A DNA stretch of 64,000 nucleotides. Origin: a bacterium (GTDB taxonomy: Bacteria; Krumholzibacteriota; Krumholzibacteriia; LZORAL124-64-63). The stretch covers positions 5,500 to 69,499 of the forward strand of contig JAAEOA010000015.1 of assembly GCA_024223715.1 (NCBI GenBank). The letters are read 5' to 3'. Shown one piece after another: positions 45,926 to 56,023 of this stretch. The notes under the pieces are model-generated. The model saw only the letters and a list, made by a program, of their open reading frames with translations, ran no database searches and had not been told where the DNA came from. Position numbers and translations under genes: made by a program. How positions within the stretch are numbered: position 1 is the first letter of the stretch; every line of letters starts with the position of its first letter.

Positions 45926-47761
45926 TCAGGAATTCTCCCGAATCCGAGCCAAAAACCGTTCCCCATATTTCTGTAACTTTGATTGACCCACACCGCTAAT
46001 CATCAAAAACTCATTTTCACTTCCAGGGCGATGCAGCGCCATGGCCGCCAAAGCTTTGTCGTGGAAAATGACATAAGGCGGTACACTCTGCTCCTCGGCA
46101 ATGGCCTTCCTTAAATCTCTCAGCTCTTCAAACAAACCCTGATTGGCAGCGATTTCCGCCTCGGTCCCTACTTCCAACAAGGCTGCAGTGGCCTTTTTCT
46201 TTTTGGGTTTGGGCTTGGGCCGAGCCAGGGAAGCTGCTTCCTCCTGCCGCAACAGGACTTCGGTTTCTCCATTCAAAATTCCCCGGGCTTCAGGAGTAAG
46301 CCGCAGCCCACCATAACCTTCGAGATCAACGGCCAAAAATCTTTTAGTCACCAACTGCCGAATAATGGATCGCCATTGCCAATTATCAAACTCACTGCCA
46401 ATGCCGTAGGTGCTTAATTCCCGATGTCCGAATTTATCGATGCGTTCGCTTTCGCTGCCTCTCAGAACATCAATAATGTAGAGGGCGCCAAAACGCTGGC
46501 CGGTACGAACCACACAGGAAAGTAATTTCTGGGCGGCTTCAGTGCCGTCAAAAATGGGGACCGGCTCCAGACAGGTGTCGCAGTTGCCGCACGGTTCGGA
46601 CAAATCTTCTCCAAAATAATTCAACAGGAGTTGCCGACGACAGGAAACGGTTTCGCAGTAACCGAGCATGGTATCCAGTTTTTGCCGTTCGCTGCGTTTA
46701 AAAACTTCATCGCCATCGCTCATATCCACAAAACGGGATTGCATGATCACATCCTGCATTCCGTAAACCATCCAGGCGTTGGAAGGCAGGCCATCACGTC
46801 CGGCACGTCCGGTTTCCTGATAATAGGCCTCAATGCTCTTGGGTAAATCCAAATGGGCCACAAACCGAACATCGGGTTTGTCAATGCCCATGCCAAAAGC
46901 GATGGTGGCCACCACAATGAGGCCGTCTTCATTCAGGAAACGAGCCTGATTGTGCTGGCGCAGGGTGCCAGACAAGCCGGCATGATATGGCAAGGCCGGA
47001 AGACCATTTTCATTCAGGAAGGCCGCAATTTTTTCAGTTCGTTTGCGTGACAGGCAATAAACAATTCCTGCCTCGCCAAAATGATGGGTGTTGATGAAGT
47101 CGAGCAGCTGATTTTTCTCGTTGGTTTTACCTGTGACCCGATATTTGATATTGGGCCGATCAAACCCTGAAATAAAAATCTGGCCGGTTTCGAGCCGAAG
47201 TTTGGAAAGAATTTCTTTCCGGGTTCGCTGGTCTGCAGTGGCGGTGCATGCCAGGACTGGTAAATCGGGCCAACGGTCGCGCAAAGTGTCAAGCTGCAGA
47301 TACTCAGGACGGAAGTCGTGTCCCCAGCGGGAGATACAGTGCGCCTCGTCGATGGCCAGCAAAGACAGTTCACATCGGTCAAGAAGGTTCAGGGTCTCTT
47401 CCTGGAGAAGTCTTTCAGGAGCTAAATAAACCAGGTCCAGTTCACCACGGACGAGGGCTCTTTCCACTTCAATAATTTCTTCCATGGGCAGGCTGGAGTT
47501 CAGGCAGGCTGCTTTGACACCCAGCTGTCGAAGGGCGCTGACCTGATCCTGCATTAGTGCAATCAGGGGTGAAACAACCAATCCGGTACCCGGGAGGACC
47601 AAAGAAGGAATCTGGTAACAGATACTTTTTCCCCCGCCGGTAGGCATCAGAACCAGGGCGTGCTGGCCGCTAAGGATCTGTTCAACAATTTCCTGTTGCT
47701 GGTCGCGAAAAGAATCGTAGCCAAAAATTTCATTCAGAACAGCGAGTGCTTGGCGGGTCAT
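45926..47761 (-). CDS. recQ: ATP-dependent DNA helicase RecQ
   Basis: 611 aa. Motif I MPTGGGKS and motif [19 protein letters not shown]. Zn-binding CRRQ...CGNCDTC. RQC and C-terminal HRDC ([15 protein letters not shown]). Confidence 0.92.
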   Translation of the reverse strand: MTRQALAVLNEIFGYDSFRDQQQEIVEQILSGQHALVLMPTGGGKSICYQIPSLVLPGTGLVVSPLIALMQDQVSALRQLGVKAACLNSSLPMEEIIEVERALVRGELDLVYLAPERLLQEETLNLLDRCELSLLAIDEAHCISRWGHDFRPEYLQLDTLRDRWPDLPVLACTATADQRTRKEILSKLRLETGQIFISGFDRPNIKYRVTGKTNEKNQLLDFINTHHFGEAGIVYCLSRKRTEKIAAFLNENGLPALPYHAGLSGTLRQHNQARFLNEDGLIVVATIAFGMGIDKPDVRFVAHLDLPKSIEAYYQETGRAGRDGLPSNAWMVYGMQDVIMQSRFVDMSDGDEVFKRSERQKLDTMLGYCETVSCRRQLLLNYFGEDLSEPCGNCDTCLEPVPIFDGTEAAQKLLSCVVRTGQRFGALYIIDVLRGSESERIDKFGHRELSTYGIGSEFDNWQWRSIIRQLVTKRFLAVDLEGYGGLRLTPEARGILNGETEVLLRQEEAASLARPKPKPKKKKATAALLEVGTEAEIAANQGLFEELRDLRKAIAEEQSVPPYVIFHDKALAAMALHRPGSENEFLMISGVGQSKLQKYGERFLARIRENS

Positions 47762-48040
47762 GCAGGTCCGTTTCTTCAGGATGTTGAATGGGAGATGACA
47801 GTACTATTCTAATGATCTGCTGTCTTGAACGCAACATGCATGCCCGGAAATGGAAGAGATGTTGGAATGGCAGACCTCGAAAGGGTTCTCTGGAACCATC
47901 TTGCACATAATCTTGTGCAATTGAAGGCCCCGCAGGTTATTATTTACCCGAAGGCAACCCTTGTGAAATAGGGTTAATTTGAATTGCCGCGGGTGGTATC
48001 TGATCCTTCACCGCATTGACTTATCATTTCGGAGGACCCC

Positions 48041-48463
48041 TTGAAACCTCAGTTTTTTGCTCTACTGACCGCCGCTGCCTGGGGCATTGGTGGCTATTTT
48101 GAGAAAAAAGGTCTGCATCTGGGCAACCTGCCCCCTCAAATGGGAATCACTATTCGCACGGCCGTGGCGTTGGTCATTCTTGGAGCGGTCAGTGCTCCTC
48201 ACTGGAAAACCGTCACCCAGGCTTCTCCCAAGGCGTTGGCCTATATGATTATTGGCGGTGGCGTGGTGGCCGGTTCTGTGGGGATGTTGTGTTTTTATAC
48301 AGCTCTAAAAGGTGCCCCGCTTTCGAAAATAATGCCCATTGCTTTCACGTCGCCGCTCTTTGGTGCTGTGTTGGCCATGACCCTCGGTGGAGAACCCATG
48401 ACCATAAAAACCGTCATTGGGATGCTGATGACCGTCGGTGGCATTATACTCTTAACAGTGTAA
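48041..48463 (+). CDS. Small EamA/DMT-type membrane protein (single EamA-like domain)
   Basis: 140-aa ORF (TTG start) with 4-5 TM. N-terminus FFALLTAAAWGIGGYFEKKG is typical of EamA-domain proteins. Confidence 0.65.
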   Translation: MKPQFFALLTAAAWGIGGYFEKKGLHLGNLPPQMGITIRTAVALVILGAVSAPHWKTVTQASPKALAYMIIGGGVVAGSVGMLCFYTALKGAPLSKIMPIAFTSPLFGAVLAMTLGGEPMTIKTVIGMLMTVGGIILLTV

Positions 48464-48483
48464 ATTCAAATTTTCCGAACAGG

Positions 48484-49254
48484 ATGACCATGTCTGATGC
48501 GCTCTCAGAAAAAAAAGACAGGCAATTTTTCCAAGGTTTTGCCTGGGCATTACCCGGGGTTTTTGCCGATCCTTTAAATGCCTGTCGATTCGAGTTGGGC
48601 GATACCCTGTACGAAAACAAAGAAGCCTATCACAGTGCTATTGGCGTGAAACCCGGCGGAAGGGCCATTCAGATTCTTGAGCCCGGACGAGGAATGGTGG
48701 GCAAAGCCAGCGATTCCGGTTTTGTCGATGCCTGGACTCAGGAAGTGGTTTTTGATCTGTACGACCTGAAAAATAATTCTTCTGAAAGGCAGACCTCCAC
48801 CCAAGGGCGCTTGTATTCATTTTTGTGGCATGGCGACGAAAAAATCCTTGGTCTGGATTCTTCTCCGCCCAAACTACCGCTCCAGGCCAACGGTTTGAAA
48901 AAGGTCCTTTCCGAAGTTGTTCCCTTCTTTAAAACCGATCTTTTTGATGACTCTTCTTTGGTGCGTTTTTTGACTCCTTCCGACGCAGCTTCCGGTGTTT
49001 ATCGCGATAAGTTCCTGAAAATAAAAGTCCGCCTGGAAGAGGATTTTGAAACCACCGTGCAGGTGGTCCCGGCCAATGATTTAGGGTTGCAGGAACAATT
49101 TCTCCCCACAGTTCAAGCTGCTTGTTTTGAAATGAAAAACACCACTGAAGAAAAGGTGGAAAAAGCCCTGCGCAAGGTGCTTTACAAACCTTCTTCAAAC
49201 CGAAAAACCCAGGCTGATCGTTTCAGTCTGACACGCCACGGTCTACTTATTTAA
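48484..49254 (+). CDS. Hypothetical cytoplasmic protein
   Basis: The track ORF starts at 48289 inside the EamA gene. ATG 48484 (or 48490), just after the EamA stop, is the plausible start (256 aa). No recognised motifs. Confidence 0.5.
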   Translation: MTMSDALSEKKDRQFFQGFAWALPGVFADPLNACRFELGDTLYENKEAYHSAIGVKPGGRAIQILEPGRGMVGKASDSGFVDAWTQEVVFDLYDLKNNSSERQTSTQGRLYSFLWHGDEKILGLDSSPPKLPLQANGLKKVLSEVVPFFKTDLFDDSSLVRFLTPSDAASGVYRDKFLKIKVRLEEDFETTVQVVPANDLGLQEQFLPTVQAACFEMKNTTEEKVEKALRKVLYKPSSNRKTQADRFSLTRHGLLI

Positions 49255-49539
49255 GACTCATTTTTCTGAGAAAACCGACCACCTCTCCGGATGGGACAGT
49301 TTTTTTGTATCTGTGCCCAATGGGGAACAACCCTTGCAGTTCCTGTCCCCGATGGTGAAATAGTGGCCATTTTTTACGACTTGATGAAGGCTTTTTGATT
49401 TGCAAGGGGCTGAAATGGAGTCTAAAAAAACCACTCAAGGATTCAATTCCGGTTTCCTGAATAAGATGTTTTCTTCAGGATTCAGATCCAGTTTTTTATG
49501 GTCCCGGATTAAATAACGCCTTGCTATAAAGGAAGTTAA

Positions 49540-50625
49540 ATGCTCGTTCAACAACATCGGCGACTACCTCTGGGGTGGGTCATCATGTTGGTCCTTCTGG
49601 CCTTGGGTTTAGGGTTAACCCCTGCCAAAGCTGCAGAACGGGTGCATCGATTTATCAAATTCACTATTCAGGACCCGGACGGCAATTTCTTTCCCATCGG
49701 TGAAGTAGAATTTTGCACCCCGGAGGGAAAATGCATTTATGCAGACATTGAAAAAGACTTTCCCGGTCATTTTGTTGTGCCCAGTGAAGAACTGGAGCGA
49801 GGCACCGCTTACAGTGTCCTCATTTACGACAAACAAGTGGCTGTGCACTACGAAATGAACAATTGGGTTTACCAACCCAAAGACTACGATCCAGGTTTCG
49901 ACCGCATGGTTGAGCTGGATAAATTTATGATTTACCCACGGTTTCATGGGACAGAAAACGGAGACATGGTTTTCCGCATCGATACAACGCTGAACCCTGA
50001 ATGGGCCTTGCGGAAAAATGTGTCTCAGTATGCGGGCCCAGACTCCACCAATGGATTCCCTGAACTTGTGGCCGGATTTAGTGTTCCGGTTATGCTCGGT
50101 GGGAATTTTACAACCAACCAGGATGCTCTGGGTGGTATCGATGACGTCAGGCCAGGCATTGGTCTTTCCGGCAGTTATCGCTTTGGTTACCCCCGGTATA
50201 TGCCGGAAATGGACAACTGGATTTTCTTCCATGAACTGACTGTTGCTTACCAGCAAAATCGATACGAAACCTGGGAAATCATGACTCCCGGTCGTCGCAG
50301 CGATGTGACTTTCCATCGACTGAAAGTTTCTTACGGTGTGGGGCAAATGAGCCAGTCTTTTGCCTCTCATTGGAGTGTGGGAGTGACTGCTGCCTTTGGC
50401 GGGGTTTATGACGGAACCACCATGCTCAAGTATTTGGACCGATCCTACAAACGACGGGGATTTGGTATCAAAGCCAGCTGGTTACAGCGAATGTTCCAGG
50501 TGGGCAGGGTCGATGTCGGCGCCAGTGGGCAATTGGAATTGATGTACTACTCCGGCGATACATCGGCCGATGATTACTGGTTCGGAATGGCCCCTTCAGT
50601 CTCCATCGGATTGGTGGTGTTCTGA
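49540..50625 (+). CDS. Putative outer-membrane beta-barrel protein with N-terminal Ig/carboxypeptidase-regulatory-like domain
   Basis: 361 aa with signal peptide ...LGLTPAKAAE. The C-terminal half has alternating hydrophobic beta-strand patterns and ends ...SIGLVVF (terminal Phe). TGATG overlap with the next gene. Confidence 0.45.
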   Translation: MLVQQHRRLPLGWVIMLVLLALGLGLTPAKAAERVHRFIKFTIQDPDGNFFPIGEVEFCTPEGKCIYADIEKDFPGHFVVPSEELERGTAYSVLIYDKQVAVHYEMNNWVYQPKDYDPGFDRMVELDKFMIYPRFHGTENGDMVFRIDTTLNPEWALRKNVSQYAGPDSTNGFPELVAGFSVPVMLGGNFTTNQDALGGIDDVRPGIGLSGSYRFGYPRYMPEMDNWIFFHELTVAYQQNRYETWEIMTPGRRSDVTFHRLKVSYGVGQMSQSFASHWSVGVTAAFGGVYDGTTMLKYLDRSYKRRGFGIKASWLQRMFQVGRVDVGASGQLELMYYSGDTSADDYWFGMAPSVSIGLVVF

Positions 50626-53600
50626 TGGGTAAGAGCAATCACCTTATTCAATTATACCTGTTGGCATTGCTCATGTTGGTCCTGGTGTCCAGTTCTGGTT
50701 GCGACCGTCGCGACAACGACTGGGATTCATTCAATCCGAACCTGAAGCAAATCAGCGTGGTTATTGACACCTTGCAAGTAAGCGAAGAGGGGCAGTCCCA
50801 AACTTTTGAAGTGAGTCTGGGCATGGTTCCGGCCGATACGGTTTGGGTCTATGCTTTTGAAACCAACAGTCAAGTCATTCTGGATCCTGATACCCTGATC
50901 TTTGTTCCGGTGGACGACAGTTGGGCCGCTCCCCAGGCTGTAACCGTTCAGGCCATCGATGATGCTATTTCTGAGGGTTTGCACGAAGATATAGTCACGG
51001 TGGTCAGCTATTCCAGAGACAGTGAATATGGAAATCAGTCGGGTGAAGGCCCGGTGGTTGTTGCCATTGCGGATAATGATTCAGTGGCGGTACTCATTTC
51101 CGAAACCAGCCTGACCCTGGTTGAGTCTGAGGCGGGAGTGGTTCGCGAAACTTACCGAATTCGCTTGAATAGTGAACCTGTGGCCAACGTGACGGTCAAT
51201 GTTGCTGAAACTCCGGAAGAAGCCAGTTTGCATATTGAACCATCTACGGTGATTTTTGACTCTACAAATTGGAATGTTTGGCAGGATGTAGTTCTTTGGA
51301 TCGAGCTGGATGAAATTGACAACGATGATCTGACTTTAACTCTGGAACATAGCGCCACTTCGTTGGATGAAAATTACGACGCCACTCTGGAAATTCCCTC
51401 TTTGATTGTCACCACATTCGACTTCACATTGCCACCAATTGCCCGGTTGCATTTCCTGGCCGGAAGTGTGCTGTACGAAAATGACATTTTGGCCCAGGTC
51501 CCGGTACAAATCAGTTTGGACCGTCCCAGCATGGATCCGGTGGTTGTTCATTTGTTTAGCGTTGACGGCACGGCTACCGGTAATGCCGATTTTGTGACCG
51601 TTGACCAAACCGTAACTTTTGTCCCGGGTGATCCCTTGCTTCAACAGTTATCCGTCAGCGTGATCGACGATGTTGAAATCGAGCCCATGGAAAGTTTCGA
51701 GCTTTTTATTGAGCCCGTGGATCATGTCATAATTGGAGAAGACGACCGATTGGCTATAGATGTTGTGGACAACGATTTAACACCACTGACTTTGTCTGTC
51801 ACCAACGCCAGTGAAGACTCCGGGTCGGCAGAATTTATTGTCAGTATTCCTTTCGCCGAAACCGTGCCTATTAGTTTTACTTTCTCCACCAGCGATGGCA
51901 CTGCCCTTGCCGGTGAAGACTACGAAACCCATAACCAGACTTATGTTCTGGAAGCCGGGGTAACTCAACGCAGCATTTCCGTAGTTCTGGAAGCCGATGC
52001 TTACCATGAACCGGATGAAACCTTCAGTGCCAGCCTGAGTGCCATAAGTAACAACGCAGGATGGGCCGACGCGCCCACAGTTTGCACCATTTTAAATGAC
52101 GACCCACAGACCGTTACCATGAACGATATTCAGTTCAATGAAGATGCCGGCAATGCCACTTTTACTCTTGAATTGCTGGCCCCATACAACATGGACGTCA
52201 ACCTGCAGGCCACCACTCACAATGGTGATGGAATTATCCCTGCGGCGGGCCAACTGGATGCCCTTGGCGGATCAGATTTTACCAGTTTCACAGACGAACC
52301 CTGGGTCATTCCCGCCGGCTCCACCAGCGCCACTTTCGATGTGCCCATTAACGATGAAACCGATGCCGAATCGTTGCAGGAATATTTCCGCCTCGAAATA
52401 ACCAGTTCCGACCAACCCTTATTTCTCGGGACCCTTGCCACATGCACACTTGTGGACAACGACCAGCCATGCCTGATGGTCTCCGATGTCTTCGGTATTG
52501 AATCGGACCCGGATATTACTTTCACCGTCAAACTGCTGGATGAAAACCTCGACCCCATTACCAGCAGCGCCGATATTTCATTTCTGGTGGAAACCGCCGA
52601 CCAAACAGCTGAAGCAACCATCGATTATTCGCCCGTTTCCCAAACCGTGACTATTGCTGCGGGGCAAGACAGCATCGATATTCCGGTAGTCTTATTGGAC
52701 GACATTCATGATGACGATAACGAGACGTTTGTTCTTACGTTGTCTGAAATGATTAACGCAGAAGGTAGCTGTGGAACCGACGATGCGTTCTGTACTCTGG
52801 CCGATGACGAATTCCCCAGCTTGAATTTGCAGTCAGCGATTGTACGTCTGAATGAGGGTTCGGTTTGGGAGTTCACGGTTCTTCTTACCACCCCAAGGCA
52901 GGACTCAACAACTTACGACCTGGATTTGCTGGCAGGAACCTCTCAAGGCGAAGGCCTGGATTACAGCTTTGCAGACATTGGCACCCACACTATTAATGCC
53001 ATGGAAACTGAAGTTACTTTCACCGTGCCGTTCCTGGATGACCAGTTGGCCGATGAAGATGACGAAGTCATATGGGCCAACATTTCCAATGCCAATGTGG
53101 CCCTCGGAGTTGTTGATCTGGAAAGCACCATTGTTGATGCTCCTGAATTGTCCATTGGCTCGGCTGCTGGCGATGAAGGCGAAACTGTATTATTCGATGT
53201 TTTCCTCGATGCGCCAAGCACCGCTGACATTCAATTCAATCTGCAGTTTGCCAACGACACAGCCACCATGGGTGCTGACTTTGACAATACTGCCACCGGT
53301 CCTTATACCTTCCTTGCAGGCGAGACGGCCACCACTGTTCCTGTTGAATTATACAGCGGCGATGGGGGCGACGCTGCCACGGAAGTCTTTGTTATCACCA
53401 TTGTCTCGGCCACAAATGCCACCGTCAGTGCCAATAACAGTGGCCTGGGAACTATTACCGACATGGACCCACCTGAATTAAGTTGGGCCGCCGATGCCAT
53501 CGGCCTCGAAGGCGAAGATGTCGAGTTCACTGTGAACCTGAGCTGGTCCAGCGAAGTGGAAGTTGAGTTTAACGTCAATTATTTTGATGGCACCGCCGCT

Positions 53601-54143
53601 CGCGCTGGAATTGATTACGATGATTCTTTTGCCGGTCCTTTTGTCGTCCCAGCGGGCGCAACCACCTTCATGGTCTCAGTTCCTGCAGTTGCTGATGGCG
53701 GACCAGAACTGACTTATGAGGACTTCACTATCATGTTGCACACTCCGGTAAATGCGGTATTGGGTATGCCAATAAGCGCTACCGGCTATGTGCAGGATGC
53801 CGACCAACCAGAGCTGACAATTCCTTTGGGCGCAACAGCTTTTGAAGGAAATTCTCTTGTCTTTACTGTTCACCTGAGTGAGCAAACCATTGTACCGGTA
53901 TTCTTCCAGCTGGAATACGATATCGGCTCAACCCAGGGAATCGCCGACTTCTTCCCACCGGGCACTTCGGTATTATCCATGATGCCAGGTACGGTCGATA
54001 CAACCATCACCATCATTACTGTGGAAGATGCTGTGCATGAGAATCAGGAAGCATTCATTCTCAGGCTGGCAGCCGATCCGGTGAACTGTGTGCTTGGCTC
54101 TCCGTTTGAAAATGTCGGAGTTATTAATGACGATGATCCTTGA
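50625..54143 (+). CDS. Large lipoprotein with ~10 Calx-beta-like repeats
   Basis: 1172 aa with a lipobox (LVSSSGC). ~105-aa repeats recur with Calx-beta-type acidic motifs: AIDDAISEG, VIDDVEIEPMESFELF, LLDDIHDDDNETFVLTL, PFLDDQLADEDDE. Each ends in (I/V)xDND/NDD-type motifs: IADNDS, VVDNDL, ILNDDP, LVDNDQ, VINDDDP. Confidence 0.7.
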   Translation: MGKSNHLIQLYLLALLMLVLVSSSGCDRRDNDWDSFNPNLKQISVVIDTLQVSEEGQSQTFEVSLGMVPADTVWVYAFETNSQVILDPDTLIFVPVDDSWAAPQAVTVQAIDDAISEGLHEDIVTVVSYSRDSEYGNQSGEGPVVVAIADNDSVAVLISETSLTLVESEAGVVRETYRIRLNSEPVANVTVNVAETPEEASLHIEPSTVIFDSTNWNVWQDVVLWIELDEIDNDDLTLTLEHSATSLDENYDATLEIPSLIVTTFDFTLPPIARLHFLAGSVLYENDILAQVPVQISLDRPSMDPVVVHLFSVDGTATGNADFVTVDQTVTFVPGDPLLQQLSVSVIDDVEIEPMESFELFIEPVDHVIIGEDDRLAIDVVDNDLTPLTLSVTNASEDSGSAEFIVSIPFAETVPISFTFSTSDGTALAGEDYETHNQTYVLEAGVTQRSISVVLEADAYHEPDETFSASLSAISNNAGWADAPTVCTILNDDPQTVTMNDIQFNEDAGNATFTLELLAPYNMDVNLQATTHNGDGIIPAAGQLDALGGSDFTSFTDEPWVIPAGSTSATFDVPINDETDAESLQEYFRLEITSSDQPLFLGTLATCTLVDNDQPCLMVSDVFGIESDPDITFTVKLLDENLDPITSSADISFLVETADQTAEATIDYSPVSQTVTIAAGQDSIDIPVVLLDDIHDDDNETFVLTLSEMINAEGSCGTDDAFCTLADDEFPSLNLQSAIVRLNEGSVWEFTVLLTTPRQDSTTYDLDLLAGTSQGEGLDYSFADIGTHTINAMETEVTFTVPFLDDQLADEDDEVIWANISNANVALGVVDLESTIVDAPELSIGSAAGDEGETVLFDVFLDAPSTADIQFNLQFANDTATMGADFDNTATGPYTFLAGETATTVPVELYSGDGGDAATEVFVITIVSATNATVSANNSGLGTITDMDPPELSWAADAIGLEGEDVEFTVNLSWSSEVEVEFNVNYFDGTAARAGIDYDDSFAGPFVVPAGATTFMVSVPAVADGGPELTYEDFTIMLHTPVNAVLGMPISATGYVQDADQPELTIPLGATAFEGNSLVFTVHLSEQTIVPVFFQLEYDIGSTQGIADFFPPGTSVLSMMPGTVDTTITIITVEDAVHENQEAFILRLAADPVNCVLGSPFENVGVINDDDP

Positions 54144-54156
54144 TCGACCGAAAAAC

Positions 54157-54696
54157 TCAGGTTAGAAAATCCAGATCGTACCGCTCCCGCAATACCTTTA
54201 AATGATGCAGTTCATGAGCAGCCATAATCCAGGGTAAGGAATTGAGGGAAAACAGTGTTGGGGTCTCTGGGTTGTCTTGTTTTCCAACTTTATAATCGAA
54301 ACTATCAAAAAGTTGAATATGACTGAGTCTGGCCCCGGCGTATTCTTGGCGGATGTCCGGAAGAGGGCGCTGATGGGCGTTGCTGTTCATGGCCCAGTGA
54401 TTTTCATCGATGGATGGTTGCGGGGAGGGGTCACAACGGGCCACCCAGAGAGCCCGAAAGGCAAACAGTCGGTCCATGTCAATAATGTGGCCCAGGAGTT
54501 CTTTTATCGACCACTTGTCAGAAGCATATCGATAGGCTGCCTGATCTTCATTCATGGTGGCAAGGCGCTCGTCAACTTTGTGGCCTTGTTTTTTTAGAAT
54601 GTCCAACACATCCCGGGAATCATCTTTAAGCAGTTGCAAATATCCGTCGAAATAATCCGGATACTCATTTTGGGCAGGTTTTGTGAAGTGGGCCAA
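54157..54696 (-). CDS. DinB-superfamily protein
   Basis: 179 aa. Four-helix DinB_2-like pattern with His residues in LLGHIIDMDRLF and AAHELHHLKVL. Confidence 0.7.
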   Translation of the reverse strand: MAHFTKPAQNEYPDYFDGYLQLLKDDSRDVLDILKKQGHKVDERLATMNEDQAAYRYASDKWSIKELLGHIIDMDRLFAFRALWVARCDPSPQPSIDENHWAMNSNAHQRPLPDIRQEYAGARLSHIQLFDSFDYKVGKQDNPETPTLFSLNSLPWIMAAHELHHLKVLRERYDLDFLT

Positions 54697-54779
54697 AGAA
54701 ATACCTCTATCAGTTTTCGAGCGAGAGGAATACCAAGCTGAGTTTGTTTAGGCAGGATATCTCTTTGGCCCAATCTTGA

Positions 54780-55355
54780 CTACCGGTAAAGGACTTTAAG
54801 CTGAGACCAGCTGGTTTGCTGCACAGCAACCGGCGGTGAATCGTTAAACCCTATTTCACGGATTTCCAGACGCTGGCTAGGGTTCAGAGTGAGCACTACC
54901 AAGTCCACTCTTTTGACATTCAGAACTTGATCAAATTCATAAATACCAGGTGCCATGGATCCCAAAGGTCCGGTCAGAACTTCAGTACTGCCCAGCGAAA
55001 CATTGTCAGCATCAAAGAAATCAAGACGGAAGTCGCGAATACCCTCAGCCAGGACATTAATATCGTTCCACAATACAAAGTCGTCCAGATCTGAGGCTGT
55101 GGTCAAGTCCAGTCTGATGGTTCCGACCATGCCAGGCACGGCAGCAAAACCATTAAACCATACAGCCGGATCGATGATGCCATCACAAATCTGGTCAATA
55201 GTGAAGCCAGCTCCGGAGTTGGGAATGGTGGTGGAGGCGGTAATTTGGGCCGGGCCAAATATTTCAGCAGCTGATGCTGGTTGTATTAAGAAAAGCAGGG
55301 CAGAGGTTAAAATGATGAGCGTTTGGATTTTGGTTGAAAAACTGTTGGGTAGCAT
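54780..55355 (-). CDS. Secreted hypothetical protein (jelly-roll/discoidin-like?) with a short C-terminal SWSQLKVLYR motif
   Basis: 191 aa with signal peptide ...IQPASAAE. The body is rich in beta-strand pattern, and the terminal motif is QQTSWSQLKVLYR. Confidence 0.55.
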   Translation of the reverse strand: MLPNSFSTKIQTLIILTSALLFLIQPASAAEIFGPAQITASTTIPNSGAGFTIDQICDGIIDPAVWFNGFAAVPGMVGTIRLDLTTASDLDDFVLWNDINVLAEGIRDFRLDFFDADNVSLGSTEVLTGPLGSMAPGIYEFDQVLNVKRVDLVVLTLNPSQRLEIREIGFNDSPPVAVQQTSWSQLKVLYR

Positions 55356-55519
55356 GATGTGGCTCCTTGGTACTGTGTTTTGGGTCGTGATTCAAATTAA
55401 GTATATGATAAATTCATAGAAGAATGGGTTTAATATGTTCAAAACAAACAAAATACGCCATATGACGTATTTTGGGTTACGTCAGGGTTTTGGCTAATTC
55501 AATTGAGAAACCGTTGAAG

Positions 55520-56023
55520 TCACTTTCCCAGAAGTTCTTTTTTAATATAGGGGTTGGTCAGGTTTTCCCCGCGAAGCATTTTTCGATACATCTCATCAAA
55601 AACGATGCGATCTTCCGCTTGGGAATAATAAGCACCAAAGCCATAATTCATGGGGGTTCTATCTGTTTTTGAATACCAGGCATTTCGAGCATCGATCCAT
55701 TCATTGGTATCCCGGGAATAAACCCACAGCACCATCTCGTCCCGGTTTTTATTGTCTTCCAGCCAAAGGGCCAGGCATCCAACGTCGTCAAAAAACCAGG
55801 TTTTTCCATCTGTTGCAACAGCTTGGGCAGAGTCTTTGAGTCGATCCAGCAACATTCCACATTGAGTATCCTGATAGTGGTCAATAATAATTTCAACGGG
55901 TTCGCGAGTTTCATTGCCTATATAAACCGTTAGGTACTTTACCTGTTGAGCCCGGCTGATAACCAGAAGGGCAATGGTTGCAACGAGCAAAACGGTGACA
56001 AAAACCGGGACAAGTTTTTTCAT
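55520..56023 (-). CDS. Membrane-anchored NosL-like protein
   Basis: The track ORF starts at 56251. Met77 (ATG 56023) forms an ATGA overlap with the upstream gene and gives MKKLVPVFVTVLLVATIALLVI (anchor). NosL-like motifs: DTQCGMLL...WFFDDVGCLALW, and a later PMNYGFGAY region. Confidence 0.6.
   Translation of the reverse strand: MKKLVPVFVTVLLVATIALLVISRAQQVKYLTVYIGNETREPVEIIIDHYQDTQCGMLLDRLKDSAQAVATDGKTWFFDDVGCLALWLEDNKNRDEMVLWVYSRDTNEWIDARNAWYSKTDRTPMNYGFGAYYSQAEDRIVFDEMYRKMLRGENLTNPYIKKELLGK

Noticed and set aside
47762-48040. Possible riboswitch (for example guanidine class) in the 279-nt region upstream of the small EamA-like transporter
   Set aside because: I could not find the ACGR-loop hairpin pairs or other conserved cores of the guanidine riboswitch classes, nor a convincing terminator or anti-terminator. 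It is unsupported without covariance-model scanning.
48289-48483. 5' part of the track ORF 48289-49254 overlapping the EamA gene
   Set aside because: The translation of this part (Cys/His/Trp/Arg-rich) is an out-of-frame read of the membrane protein gene. A plausible ATG lies just after the EamA stop.
49615-50370. 251-aa minus-strand ORF opposite the predicted beta-barrel gene
   Set aside because: It is an antisense shadow ORF without signals. The plus-strand gene is translationally coupled to the Calx-beta gene.
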